DNA of 64,000 nt, taken from an uncultured Bacilli bacterium. GTDB taxonomy: Bacteria > Bacillota_I > Bacilli_A > RF39 > UBA660. The first letter of the stretch is position 1. Each line of letters starts with the position of its first letter. Positions 49,538-59,932 of the stretch are shown here, piece by piece. The DNA lies in assembly GCA_947623925.1 (NCBI GenBank), contig CANQID010000004.1:8405-72404 (forward strand), given 5' to 3'. The notes under the pieces are model-generated. The model was not told the DNA's origin. It worked only from the letters and a program-made list of their open reading frames with translations, and made no database searches. Both the position numbers and the translations under genes were made by a program.

Positions 49538-49981
49538 TTAACATTTTTCCTCATATTCTTTTATTAAATTAACTCTTCTTAAATGTCTTTCTTCATTTGT
49601 GAATTCAGTTTCAATAAAAGTATCTATTATTTTTTTTAATTCATCAAATGTTTTTTCATAACTTACTGACATTACATTACAATTATTATCTATTTTGCAT
49701 AATCTTGCATCTTCTACAGAGTCTACTTTTCCACATCTTACACCTTTTACTTTATTACAGGCTATACTCATACCTATTCCTGTTCTACATATAAGTATTC
49801 CTAAATCAATTTCTTTATTAATTACTGCTTCTCCAACTTTAAAAGCATATATTGGATAATCTGTAGACTCTGTTGTTTTACTTCCTAAATCTTTAACATT
49901 ATAATTTTTTTCTTGTAAATATTCAATCAATTTGTTTTTTAATTCATAACCTCTATGATCATTTCCTATTCCTATTGTCAT
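49538..49981 (-). CDS. rpiB: ribose-5-phosphate isomerase B (RpiB/LacAB family)
   Basis: Motifs IGIGNDHRGY and CRTGIGMSIACNK. Confidence 0.8.
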   Translation of the reverse strand: MTIGIGNDHRGYELKNKLIEYLQEKNYNVKDLGSKTTESTDYPIYAFKVGEAVINKEIDLGILICRTGIGMSIACNKVKGVRCGKVDSVEDARLCKIDNNCNVMSVSYEKTFDELKKIIDTFIETEFTNEERHLRRVNLIKEYEEKC

Positions 49982-49990
49982 AAATATCTC

Positions 49991-51451
49991 CTATCTATAT
50001 AAAGTCCATGGATTTATTCTTGTTGCGCCTCTACTATATGGAGCACCTCCATACCAAGCAGCAAAATGTAAGTGAGGCCCCGTTGCAGCTCCAGTCATTC
50101 CTACATATCCAATTACTTGTCCTCTTTCGACTGTTTGTCCAGCATGTAATCCACTAACATATGAACTCATATGGTTATACTGTGTAAAATATCCATTATT
50201 ATGATTTATTACAACATGTATACCATTAACACTATCACGTGCAACTTTATATATTGTTCCATTATTTGCAGAATATATTTTTGAACCATATGCAGCAGCA
50301 ATATCAAGTGCACCATGCAATTCACGTTTACCTGTAAATGGATCTATTCTATAAGCGTAATTAGATGTTATAGAATAACTATCAACAGGCCAAGTCCAGT
50401 TTTTAAGACCACCTACAGATGGAACAATCTTAGATCCTTTTACAATTATTTTATCTGTAGCAGGAGTTATAATATCTTTTGAAATTGGCTGAACGTATAC
50501 TATCGTACCATTTACTATTTTTTCATTTTGTTTAACACGTGAAATACCATTTTTACCTTGTTGTGTTACAGTTTCATATCCAGCTATCATAGTTGAATCA
50601 ACTTTTTCAACTGTTTTATATATTTCTTCTACATCTTTTGTCATTTCTTGTGATACTGTAACATCTATTTGTGGATCTGTGACACCAATTGTTACTTCAT
50701 CTCCAACAGCAAGTATACTTGTCTGTGTCTTATACTTTGGATTTGACATTAAAAATTCTTCAACACTAATTTCATATTTGTACGCTACATCTTCAATTGT
50801 ATCTCCGGCCTCTACAATATGTGTATCTTGTTTAACATTTTCACCAAATAATAAATACCTACTTAAATCAGAACTATCTGTATATATTTTTTCATTTGAT
50901 GGAATATTCATTTCTTTTATAGTTATGTCATTATCTATATATATATCTGTTATATATGAACCTGTTTCTTTAACTTCTTCTTGTGAATTATTTACATATG
51001 CTTCATATTTTTCAGTTCCAATATATGCTTTTATTACGCTTTCTACAGCATCTTTAAAAACTTCTTTATCTAAAACATATATTTTTTGTGATTTTTCTCC
51101 TTTATTTATTGTTATTTGATATCCTTCTATTGTAAAATCACTTTTTTGTTTTATTTTTTCATATATTACTTTGATATCGTCAATATCTTTATTGTAACTA
51201 AGTTCTTTTTTTATTTCTAATCCATTTGGTATATATACTTCATCTATAGAATAAGTATCTTTAATTTCTTTTTGTTCTTTATTTATATAATCTTCTAATT
51301 CTTTTCTTGAAGTAATTTTACCAATTAATTCGCCATCTAAATATACTTTATAATAAGTATTTGGTTCTATATTTTTTGTATATGATAAATTAAGAATTGC
51401 AGTAGAAACAATTACCAATATAATTAAAATTGTCATAGAGATTTTTTTCAT
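49991..51451 (-). CDS. LysM-domain M23 metallopeptidase
   Basis: LysM segment GDTIEDVAYKYEISVEEF. M23 motifs HGALDIA and GPHLHF. Confidence 0.7.
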   Translation of the reverse strand: MKKISMTILIILVIVSTAILNLSYTKNIEPNTYYKVYLDGELIGKITSRKELEDYINKEQKEIKDTYSIDEVYIPNGLEIKKELSYNKDIDDIKVIYEKIKQKSDFTIEGYQITINKGEKSQKIYVLDKEVFKDAVESVIKAYIGTEKYEAYVNNSQEEVKETGSYITDIYIDNDITIKEMNIPSNEKIYTDSSDLSRYLLFGENVKQDTHIVEAGDTIEDVAYKYEISVEEFLMSNPKYKTQTSILAVGDEVTIGVTDPQIDVTVSQEMTKDVEEIYKTVEKVDSTMIAGYETVTQQGKNGISRVKQNEKIVNGTIVYVQPISKDIITPATDKIIVKGSKIVPSVGGLKNWTWPVDSYSITSNYAYRIDPFTGKRELHGALDIAAAYGSKIYSANNGTIYKVARDSVNGIHVVINHNNGYFTQYNHMSSYVSGLHAGQTVERGQVIGYVGMTGAATGPHLHFAAWYGGAPYSRGATRINPWTLYR

Positions 51452-51540
51452 TTTAATTCCTCCATAGTACTATTTTACCAGTTATTTTTAATATAATCAA
51501 ACTTTTATAATAAACGAGTAATTTAATTACTCGTTTAATT

Positions 51541-52773
51541 TTAATATTTAATTGTTCTACTTGTAAATCTACTACCCCTTGGTGGGAAATTTACTAGTGT
51601 TCTTGGATTAACCATTTTTGAAACAAATGTATTCCAAGATGTATAATCACTTAAATAAAGTCCATAGGCAATTGAGAAATGTAAATGCCTTCCTGTTGAA
51701 CATTTATCAAAAGTTTCTACCCTAGGATCTCCACCCATTACAGCTATTTTAGTATCTTTTGTAACTACATCACCCACATTGACTAAAATAGATCTTAGAT
51801 GTGCATATCCACTTGTATATGTTACACCATTTATTTTATGATGAATATATATTCTATTACCACCACAACTTGTTTGTCTCATAATACTAGCAACTACTCC
51901 ATTAGCGGTTGCATAAACATCTGTCGTACCCGGTGTTAAATCTAGTCCACTATGAAAATCTGATGTAAGTTTTCCATTTAAGTAATAAGTTCTATAACCA
52001 AATTCACTACTAAATCCACCCGCAACTAATGGTCTCCAAAATCTAGTATCAGGAGGTAAACTTCCTTTTGTACATTCATTTATGTCATCATCATCTTTAC
52101 ATCCATATTGCTTTTCATACATTTCAATTGCTTCTCTTCTTGATTTTATTTCATCTTCTATATCAACTGTTAAGTCCATTATTTCATCTAGTTTATTTCC
52201 TAAACTATCTAAGTTTGCAGATAATTCTTGTTGTTTTTTTTCTAACTGTTCTATTTTGTTTGAAAGTTCAACTTGTTTTTCTTTATTTGAAACTATCATA
52301 TTACTATATTCATCAACTAAATTATCATTATAAGCAACTAATTGTTCGTTTATTGCCATTCTATATATAAAATCAGTAAATGTTTTTGCTCCCATAGCAT
52401 AATCTAAATATGCAGTTGAACTACCAGACAATTGATAAAATACCATTATATCTTTTATTTGTTGTTTTTTTTCTTCTATATCTTTATTAAGCTGTTCTAT
52501 TTCCTGTGTAAGACTTGCAATTTCATTTTGACTACTTTCGATTTCTTTTGTAGCATTACTTATACTAGCTTTGGTAGAATCTATTTGACTTTGAGTTAAA
52601 TTTTTATCATTTTGTGCTTGATTGTATTCGTTTATATTATTTTCTAATTCCCTTTTTAAATCTCCTAATGTTTTGGCATAACTAACATCTGGAATTATTA
52701 AATTAGCCATGATAAGTATAAATATCAAATTAATATTAAAAATTTTTTTAAACAAACTTTTTATTTTCCTCAT
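51541..52773 (-). CDS. coiled-coil M23 metallopeptidase (EnvC-like)
   Basis: An N-terminal ~200-aa coiled coil is followed by an M23 domain with HSGLDL and RHLHFS. Confidence 0.7.
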   Translation of the reverse strand: MRKIKSLFKKIFNINLIFILIMANLIIPDVSYAKTLGDLKRELENNINEYNQAQNDKNLTQSQIDSTKASISNATKEIESSQNEIASLTQEIEQLNKDIEEKKQQIKDIMVFYQLSGSSTAYLDYAMGAKTFTDFIYRMAINEQLVAYNDNLVDEYSNMIVSNKEKQVELSNKIEQLEKKQQELSANLDSLGNKLDEIMDLTVDIEDEIKSRREAIEMYEKQYGCKDDDDINECTKGSLPPDTRFWRPLVAGGFSSEFGYRTYYLNGKLTSDFHSGLDLTPGTTDVYATANGVVASIMRQTSCGGNRIYIHHKINGVTYTSGYAHLRSILVNVGDVVTKDTKIAVMGGDPRVETFDKCSTGRHLHFSIAYGLYLSDYTSWNTFVSKMVNPRTLVNFPPRGSRFTSRTIKY

Positions 52774-52876
52774 AAATACCTCTACCTTTACTAATAGATT
52801 ATATCATAATGTTATTATTTTTTGCAACTAATAGAATATTCATATTTAAAGTTTCACATATATTACACAAAAAAAC

Positions 52877-53854
52877 TCAATAATGAGTTTTTATTTTAGA
52901 TATAATACTTTTCGCAAAGTAATCAAATAATTTATCCATATTTTTTTTATTTGGAATGAATGTTAAAAATAAAGTTGGATCTACTAATTCTATTTCCATG
53001 ACTTCATAATTTTCATTTCTTTTTACAACATCTATTCTAATATATAGTGAATCTTTATATTCATGTATAGAAACAATTTTTTTTGCAAGTAAAACTAATT
53101 TAGAATCTATATTTTTAAGTTCAATGTTTTTTGCTGAATTATTATTAGAAAAAATATTACAGTACCTTACAACTGCATTAGTAAGTTCTCCATTTATATA
53201 AGTTAATGACAATTCTCCATTATTAATCTCTTCTATGAATGGTTGAATCATCAATTTATTTTTTATATTTTTAAATTTATCTTGAATTTCATCTATATTA
53301 ATATTATTTTTAATTGATAAATCATTTATTATATAAGTGTTTTTTCCACTTTCAGATATCGATGGTTTTATAACTATTTTGTTATATTTTTTCAACATTT
53401 TTTCTATTTCAGTTGTATCATCTTTATTTATAAATATAGTTTCAATATGGTTAATATTATATTTATCTAAAATAGAAAATTGTTTTTCTTTATCAAAATT
53501 ATTTCTTATAATTTCTATACTATTAAATATTTTTATATTATTTTTTTCTATATAATTTAACCATTTATTAAATTCATCTAAATTATTATCATATCCCCAT
53601 ATGGATTTAATAATCAAAGCATCATATTTTTTAAAATCAATACTTTTATCCTCCCATGAAACTATTTCTGCATTGACATTCATTTTGTTTAAACTGTGCT
53701 TTAAATATAAATCTTCTTTCACTTTATTTTTAAACTTATTACAAGATATTATCGCAATATTATTTGTAAAATTTCTTTTATTAAGTAAAACTGTAACTTT
53801 ATTTTTTATTTTAAATAATCTAAATTTTGTTGATTTAATCTTATTTGATATCAT
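52877..53854 (-). CDS. ATP-grasp ligase (RimK / D-aspartate-ligase-like)
   Basis: 325 aa. The ATP-grasp pattern is (..KIVIKPSISESGKNTYII.., ..MEIELVDP..). Confidence 0.5.
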   Translation of the reverse strand: MISNKIKSTKFRLFKIKNKVTVLLNKRNFTNNIAIISCNKFKNKVKEDLYLKHSLNKMNVNAEIVSWEDKSIDFKKYDALIIKSIWGYDNNLDEFNKWLNYIEKNNIKIFNSIEIIRNNFDKEKQFSILDKYNINHIETIFINKDDTTEIEKMLKKYNKIVIKPSISESGKNTYIINDLSIKNNINIDEIQDKFKNIKNKLMIQPFIEEINNGELSLTYINGELTNAVVRYCNIFSNNNSAKNIELKNIDSKLVLLAKKIVSIHEYKDSLYIRIDVVKRNENYEVMEIELVDPTLFLTFIPNKKNMDKLFDYFAKSIISKIKTHY

Positions 53855-55446
53855 TTTAACTCCTTAATTGCTTTGTTTATTAAGAAAAGACAATGAATTA
53901 AATTTTTTTTATCAATAGCAAAGTTAAATCTTGTAACAATTTCATCTTTTATAGGCCATGAAAAATTTAATCCAATTAAACAATTAATTTTAGTTGTTTT
54001 GTATAGAAATTTTACAAAATCAACATCATTTTTTATTACTATTTCATCATCTTTTTTACCTATTAAACTTGTAAAATCAACTAAAGCAAAGAAACCTGAT
54101 ACAGGATATGTTTTATCGCTTATTTTTACACCCGGTATGCCTTCAAATATTAGTTTTAATTTATCTTCATCTTTTGTATATTTTTTTATATCCCTTATTA
54201 TTTTATTTTTATTCTTTTTACAATTATCATATTCTATCCCATATATTAATGCTTCTAATAAATTTAATCTATATTTATATTCTTTTATAGATTTTCCAAA
54301 GTATTTTTTAGCTACTCTATATCTTTTATTTGTTGAATTAAATGCACCTGCAAGTGCGCTTGATTGTAATACTGAAACTGAATCTAAATTGCTAACTATT
54401 TTTTCAGTTATACCTCTACATACAGGAATTGGAGATATTATAGCACCTGCTCTTATTCCCGCTAAACCATAACCTTTAGAAAGACCAATTAATGTAATTG
54501 TATTATTAAAATATTTTGGTATGCTGGCAATTGGAAAAGCTAAATTATTTTGATCATATGTCAAATCACGATATATTAAGTCATCTATTATAAAGACACC
54601 TTTTTCTAGACAAACATCACCTAATTTAGTTATAATATCCATATTTTTTTTAGATAATACTGTACCAAGTGGATTATGTGGATTTAAATTTAAAAATGCA
54701 ACTACTCTTGGAATATAATCTAATTTATTTTCAAATTTATTTTTCAATTTTTCATTTATTTCATCTATTTTTTTTGATAACAATTCAGGATTTATTAACC
54801 AATCATCTTCTTTTCTAAGATCTATAATTTCAACATGTGCATTACAAATTTCTGTATTTACTGTAAATATTCCATAATTTGGCCCCGTTATTATTACAAC
54901 ATCTTCTGGTCTTGCAATTGTACTTATAACTAAATTATATGCATGAGTTGTAGAATATGAAAACGCAATATTATCTATACCTAACCCATCGTAATTTTTA
55001 GCTTTTTCAATTTTAAATCCTTCTCTTCCTAAGTAATTAACTACCATTTGTCTACATTTTCTTTCACCTATATTTGTTGGGTATATATATAGAAATCTAC
55101 TAAATAAACTTCTAATTATATATTTTTTACAAAGTGGGAAAGGTTTAGTTTGTAATGGATTGCCGTTACGTATTGAAAAATATTCATCTATTTTAGGAAC
55201 ACCATTATCATCATAAATAGATAAATCTTTATATAACAAATTATATCCATATTCTATTTTTTTTACTTCATCGTAAAAATCTTTATTATCATTTCTTCTA
55301 CCTATTTTTCTAAATGAACTTAATGTATCAGGATTGTTTTCAACAAAGTGTTTAAGTGCATTTGAAAAATTAGATTCATCTATATCACTATGTATAATAG
55401 TTGTATCACATTTTAATATTTTTTTTAACTTACTTTTGATACTCAC
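53851..55446 (-). CDS. PLP-dependent aminotransferase (class I/II) with N-terminal extension
   Basis: PLP lysine motif LSKGYGLAGIRAG. An aminotransferase fold follows a ~150-aa N-terminal extension. Confidence 0.65.
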   Translation of the reverse strand: MSIKSKLKKILKCDTTIIHSDIDESNFSNALKHFVENNPDTLSSFRKIGRRNDNKDFYDEVKKIEYGYNLLYKDLSIYDDNGVPKIDEYFSIRNGNPLQTKPFPLCKKYIIRSLFSRFLYIYPTNIGERKCRQMVVNYLGREGFKIEKAKNYDGLGIDNIAFSYSTTHAYNLVISTIARPEDVVIITGPNYGIFTVNTEICNAHVEIIDLRKEDDWLINPELLSKKIDEINEKLKNKFENKLDYIPRVVAFLNLNPHNPLGTVLSKKNMDIITKLGDVCLEKGVFIIDDLIYRDLTYDQNNLAFPIASIPKYFNNTITLIGLSKGYGLAGIRAGAIISPIPVCRGITEKIVSNLDSVSVLQSSALAGAFNSTNKRYRVAKKYFGKSIKEYKYRLNLLEALIYGIEYDNCKKNKNKIIRDIKKYTKDEDKLKLIFEGIPGVKISDKTYPVSGFFALVDFTSLIGKKDDEIVIKNDVDFVKFLYKTTKINCLIGLNFSWPIKDEIVTRFNFAIDKKNLIHCLFLINKAIKELK

Positions 55447-55567
55447 TATAACACCTCCTAAATAGGTAATTAATTATAACTTATATGTCTTGTACATTAT
55501 ATCATAAAAATAAATATTTTTATATAATTCATTTTATTATTACAAAAAAGTAGATTTAATTATCTAC

Positions 55568-57217
55568 TTATTCTTTTATTTTTTTCATCTTTAAATTTGA
55601 TATTTTTCTTTTTAATTGTTTCATATAATCTTTACCGAATATATCTGAAATTAAATTTATTCTTTTTGCCACTAACATATAAACTAAAGCTCCTACTAAT
55701 GAATATGGAATAATAATTAATATTGAACTTAATCTAGTAGTAGTATTTAGTGGTAATACAAATGTCATAGCAATTAATACTAATAACATTATTACTAAGC
55801 ATAATATAGTTTTTAATAAAGATTTAACACTTTCACGATAATTAAATTTAAATTCTTTTTTAAGTTTTATCATTATATATAATGTTGCAGATCCTTGTAT
55901 CAATACATTTGTAACAATTGTTCCATAATATGCATTTATTCCAATATATTCTAGTAAATACATCATTGGAACATTTAAGAGTACCTTAAAAACAAGATTT
56001 GAAAAAATCACACTTAAAGATATTTTAGATTTATTGAGAGTCTGCGCTAAATTAAGTGCTATTGTATGGACACAGAAAAGAATTGCTTGTAAAATATAAA
56101 ATCTAAATATATTTATACTTAATTCGTCATATCCATAAAATGATACCCATACAGGTTGTGCTAAAAAACTTAATCCAAATGACATTGGTATAGCGATAAA
56201 TAATATTGACTTATATGATTGATTTATTTTTTCATTTACATCTTTCATATCTTTTTTTGCAAAACTTCCTGAAACATTAGGTATTAAACTAGTTACAAGT
56301 CCCAATGCTACTGATGCAACTATCATATTTAATTTAGACGCCCATGTTGCTACTACACCAAGTGTTGTTTCTGCAACATTAACATCATATCCTATATTTA
56401 CCATTGTCTTTACAACTGTAAATGAATCTACCATTCCAAATAATGATCTTATCAAATCGATAATTACAAATGGCAATGCATAGAAAAATATTTTTTTTAA
56501 TAAATCTCTTCTTCTTACATTAACTTTTTCTTTTGTATCTTCTACTAAAAATTGTGATCTATTTTTGTGAATTTTAATTTTTAAATATATATATGAACTA
56601 AGCGCTGCAATGGTTGCTGAAAATACTGCTATATATACAGCAAAATTAATTGGTAAATTTAAAACTTTAACTGAAATATAACTTCCTGCTACAATAACAA
56701 CTACTCTTACTGCTTGTTCTAACAAATTTGATATACTAGTAGTAGTAATCATTTTATGTCCTTGCAAATAACCTCTTAAAATACTTTGTTGTGGTACTAC
56801 TAAAAGTGCTACTGAAACAACTCTTATTGCAATTGTTACATCTTCAATTGTATTCCCACCCTGTATATTTCCAATAAACATATATGCAATATTCTCTGCA
56901 AAAATAAATAATAATATAAATGCAGTTAATCCTATTATCATTATTATATTTGATGCCATTTTGTATATTTTTTCTTTTAAACTATACTGTCCTAAAGCAT
57001 TATATTCACTTACTAATTTTGAAACTGCAACTGGTATTCCAGATGTAGATAAACTTAAAAATATTGCATATATAGAATATGCATAACTATATAATGCTCC
57101 TCCCTTATTACCAATCATCCCATAAAAAGGTATAACGTATAATAAGCCAAGTATTTTACATAATAAAATTGAAAAAGTCGCTACAAAAGCACCTTCAAGA
57201 AAGGAATTTTTTTTCAT
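55568..57217 (-). CDS. MOP-superfamily flippase (SpoVB/MurJ-like polysaccharide biosynthesis protein)
   Basis: 549 aa with about 14 TM helices. The N-terminus LLCKILGLLYVIPFYGMIGNKGGALY..LSTSGIPVAVSKLVSE parallels the SpoVB/MurJ family. Confidence 0.7.
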   Translation of the reverse strand: MKKNSFLEGAFVATFSILLCKILGLLYVIPFYGMIGNKGGALYSYAYSIYAIFLSLSTSGIPVAVSKLVSEYNALGQYSLKEKIYKMASNIIMIIGLTAFILLFIFAENIAYMFIGNIQGGNTIEDVTIAIRVVSVALLVVPQQSILRGYLQGHKMITTTSISNLLEQAVRVVVIVAGSYISVKVLNLPINFAVYIAVFSATIAALSSYIYLKIKIHKNRSQFLVEDTKEKVNVRRRDLLKKIFFYALPFVIIDLIRSLFGMVDSFTVVKTMVNIGYDVNVAETTLGVVATWASKLNMIVASVALGLVTSLIPNVSGSFAKKDMKDVNEKINQSYKSILFIAIPMSFGLSFLAQPVWVSFYGYDELSINIFRFYILQAILFCVHTIALNLAQTLNKSKISLSVIFSNLVFKVLLNVPMMYLLEYIGINAYYGTIVTNVLIQGSATLYIMIKLKKEFKFNYRESVKSLLKTILCLVIMLLVLIAMTFVLPLNTTTRLSSILIIIPYSLVGALVYMLVAKRINLISDIFGKDYMKQLKRKISNLKMKKIKE

Positions 57218-57402
57218 ATTTCACTTCCAATTCTATAGAAATTATTATAACATAAAAAATAATAATATACAATTTTTAAAATCTTTTATTTTTTAACTTA
57301 AAACAAAATATATTTAACATAATTGCTTTTAATATTTATTAAAAACTTTTATAAAATTTATTTTTGTAGTATTATATTATTGACATATAAAGGAATGATA
57401 GT

Positions 57403-58599
57403 ATGGTTTTTGCGCAATTAAATGAAGAAGAATACAAATCTTTTCTTGATGACCATAAACTTAAAACATTTTTACACACACCGAATATTTCAAAAATAAG
57501 AAAAAGAGATGGTTGGGATAGTGTTTATCTTGGTATTAAAGAAAACAATAAAGTAATAGCTGCAACAATGTTGCTTTCTAGAAAAGAATTTCTAGGTAAA
57601 AAAGAATTTTTTGCTATAAGAGGTTTTTTAATTGACTATGAAAATGAAAAATTATTAGATTATTTTACTAAAAAAGTAAGTGAATATGTAAAAAATAAAG
57701 ATGGCTTTATTCTAAGGATGGATCCATATATTATTAAACAGCAAAGAGACATAGATGGAAATATTGTAAAAAATGGATACAATAACTTTAAAATAATAGA
57801 ACACCTTAAAAAATTAGGTTTCAAAGAAAGAAATCCAGAACAAGCAAAATGGATGTTTGTTCTAGATATAAAAGATAAAACAATGGAAGAACTTTTAAAA
57901 GAAATGAAACCTAACACTAGAAATTGTATAAACAAAACCTTTAAAGAAGGATTAATTGTAAGAGAATTAAAATATGAAGAATTAGATAAATTTTTAAAAA
58001 TTACAGATGATACAAGCGAAAGAAAAAATTTTGAAAATAAATCTATAAATTATTATAATGATATGTATAAATTATTTGATAAAGATATCAAATTTATAGT
58101 TGCTGAAATAAATACAAAAGAATATTTGGAAAATTGTAAAAAGAAACTTGAAAACGAAAATAAAATATTAGATTCATTAAATAAATCTAGTGAAGGAAAA
58201 ATCAAGGAACAAAAAATAAAAATTAAAGGTATTGAAGAAAGATTAGAAGAGGCAAAACAATTAACAAAAATAGATGAATTTATCATATTATCTGCTGGTA
58301 TGTTTATAACATATGGAGACGAAATAATCTATTTATCAAGTGGAAATTACAAAGAATATATGCATTTTTATGCACAATATAGAATCCAATATGAAATGAT
58401 AAAATATGGTGTGGAAAATGGTTATAAATTATATAATTTCTATGGAATAAGTGGAAATTTTGATAAAAATGATTCTAGATATGGAGTTTATAAATTTAAA
58501 AAAGGATTTAATGGACATGTTGTAGAATTAATTGGTGAATACGAATTAGTAATAAATAAATTCAATTACTATATATATAAAATAATTAATAAAATTTAA
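57403..58599 (+). CDS. FemAB-family aminoacyltransferase (paralog 2)
   Basis: 398 aa with FemAB architecture and a central coiled coil. Confidence 0.65.
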   Translation: MVFAQLNEEEYKSFLDDHKLKTFLHTPNISKIRKRDGWDSVYLGIKENNKVIAATMLLSRKEFLGKKEFFAIRGFLIDYENEKLLDYFTKKVSEYVKNKDGFILRMDPYIIKQQRDIDGNIVKNGYNNFKIIEHLKKLGFKERNPEQAKWMFVLDIKDKTMEELLKEMKPNTRNCINKTFKEGLIVRELKYEELDKFLKITDDTSERKNFENKSINYYNDMYKLFDKDIKFIVAEINTKEYLENCKKKLENENKILDSLNKSSEGKIKEQKIKIKGIEERLEEAKQLTKIDEFIILSAGMFITYGDEIIYLSSGNYKEYMHFYAQYRIQYEMIKYGVENGYKLYNFYGISGNFDKNDSRYGVYKFKKGFNGHVVELIGEYELVINKFNYYIYKIINKI

Positions 58600-58633
58600 A
58601 AAACAATAAAAATAATTAGAAAGATGTGATTAA

Positions 58634-59896
58634 ATGTATACTTTCATTGAAAATATAAAAAAAGACGAATATGAAAACTTTGTATTAAATCATAAAATTA
58701 AATCTCATTTTATGCAATCTTATTATTTTGGGGAAATTTCTAAAAGTAAAGGTTTTATACCACATTATGTTGGAATGAAAAAAGATGATAAATTAGTTGC
58801 ATGTGCTTTATTACTTCAAAAAAAATTATTCAAAAAAACAAGTTATTTTTATTCACCAAGAGGTTTTGTTTTAGATTTTAATGATGAGGAATTACTAACT
58901 GAATTTACAAAATATGTAAAAAACTATACTAAAAAATTTAACTCTTTTTTTACTGCTATTGACCCTGATATAAAACTACAAAATTTAGATATAGATGGTA
59001 ATATTATTGAAGGTGAAAATAATTTCAAATTAGTTGAAACTTTAAAGAAAATTGGTTATAAACATTTAGGATTTAACAAAAACTTTGAAAACCGTGAACC
59101 TAGATATACTTTTAGACTTAGTTTAGAGCCAGATATAGATAAAATACATAAAAACATGCATGCTACAACTAGAAAAATTTTAAATAAAGGTAATCAATAT
59201 AATTTAAATGCTTATATAGGCGATGAAAAAGATTTAAAAGATTTTTATTTTACTATGAAAGAAACTGCTATTAGAGAAGAAATAACTCCTTTCCCTTTTG
59301 AATATTATAAAAAATTTTATAATGTTTTCAATAAAAATAATATGAGTGATTTATATGTTGTTAAAGTTAATATAGATAATTTAATAAATATTTATAATAA
59401 AAAAATTGATGATATAAATAATGATATTAAAAATGCTCACAATTTAATAAATAAAAATAAATCTAAAAATTTATTAAATGATTATAATAATCAATTAGAA
59501 AAATTAAAAAAAGAGTTAGATATTATCAAAAAAATAGAGGAAAAAGAACTTGTTTTATCTTCTATAATAACAGTTAAATATGGTGATAAAGTATGGACTG
59601 TTCACGGAGGAAATTCAAATAAATTAAGAGAATTAAATGCTAACTATCTATTATATGATTTAATAATATGTGACGCAAAAAAAGAAGGATTTAAATTAAT
59701 AGATTTTTTTGGAACAACAGGTAATGATAGTGATAATAATAAAATTCATGGAATTCACTTGTTTAAAAAAAGATTAGGTGGAGAGTATACGGAATTTATC
59801 GGTGAATTTCATTTAATTACTAATAAGTTTATGTATTTTATATATACAAAAATTGTTCCTTTATATAGAAAATTAATGAAAAAAATTAAAAATTAA
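58634..59896 (+). CDS. FemAB-family aminoacyltransferase (paralog 3)
   Basis: 420 aa with FemAB architecture. Confidence 0.65.
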   Translation: MYTFIENIKKDEYENFVLNHKIKSHFMQSYYFGEISKSKGFIPHYVGMKKDDKLVACALLLQKKLFKKTSYFYSPRGFVLDFNDEELLTEFTKYVKNYTKKFNSFFTAIDPDIKLQNLDIDGNIIEGENNFKLVETLKKIGYKHLGFNKNFENREPRYTFRLSLEPDIDKIHKNMHATTRKILNKGNQYNLNAYIGDEKDLKDFYFTMKETAIREEITPFPFEYYKKFYNVFNKNNMSDLYVVKVNIDNLINIYNKKIDDINNDIKNAHNLINKNKSKNLLNDYNNQLEKLKKELDIIKKIEEKELVLSSIITVKYGDKVWTVHGGNSNKLRELNANYLLYDLIICDAKKEGFKLIDFFGTTGNDSDNNKIHGIHLFKKRLGGEYTEFIGEFHLITNKFMYFIYTKIVPLYRKLMKKIKN

Positions 59897-59908
59897 TTCA
59901 ATATAAAA

Positions 59909-59930
59909 TCATGCTTTTAAGCATGATTTA
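59909..59930. terminator. bidirectional rho-independent terminator
   Basis: Hairpin AATCATGCTT-TT-AAGCATGATT lies between the convergent femAB paralog 3 and pilin-like gene 2. T-rich tracts sit on both sides. Confidence 0.6.
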
Positions 59931-59932
59931 TT

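Noticed and set aside
49350-49544. 64-aa minus-strand ORF overlapping the rpiB start
   Set aside because: It is hydrophobic but has no RBS support and overlaps the rpiB start by a few bases. It is kept only as a very low-confidence possibility and is not listed as a feature.
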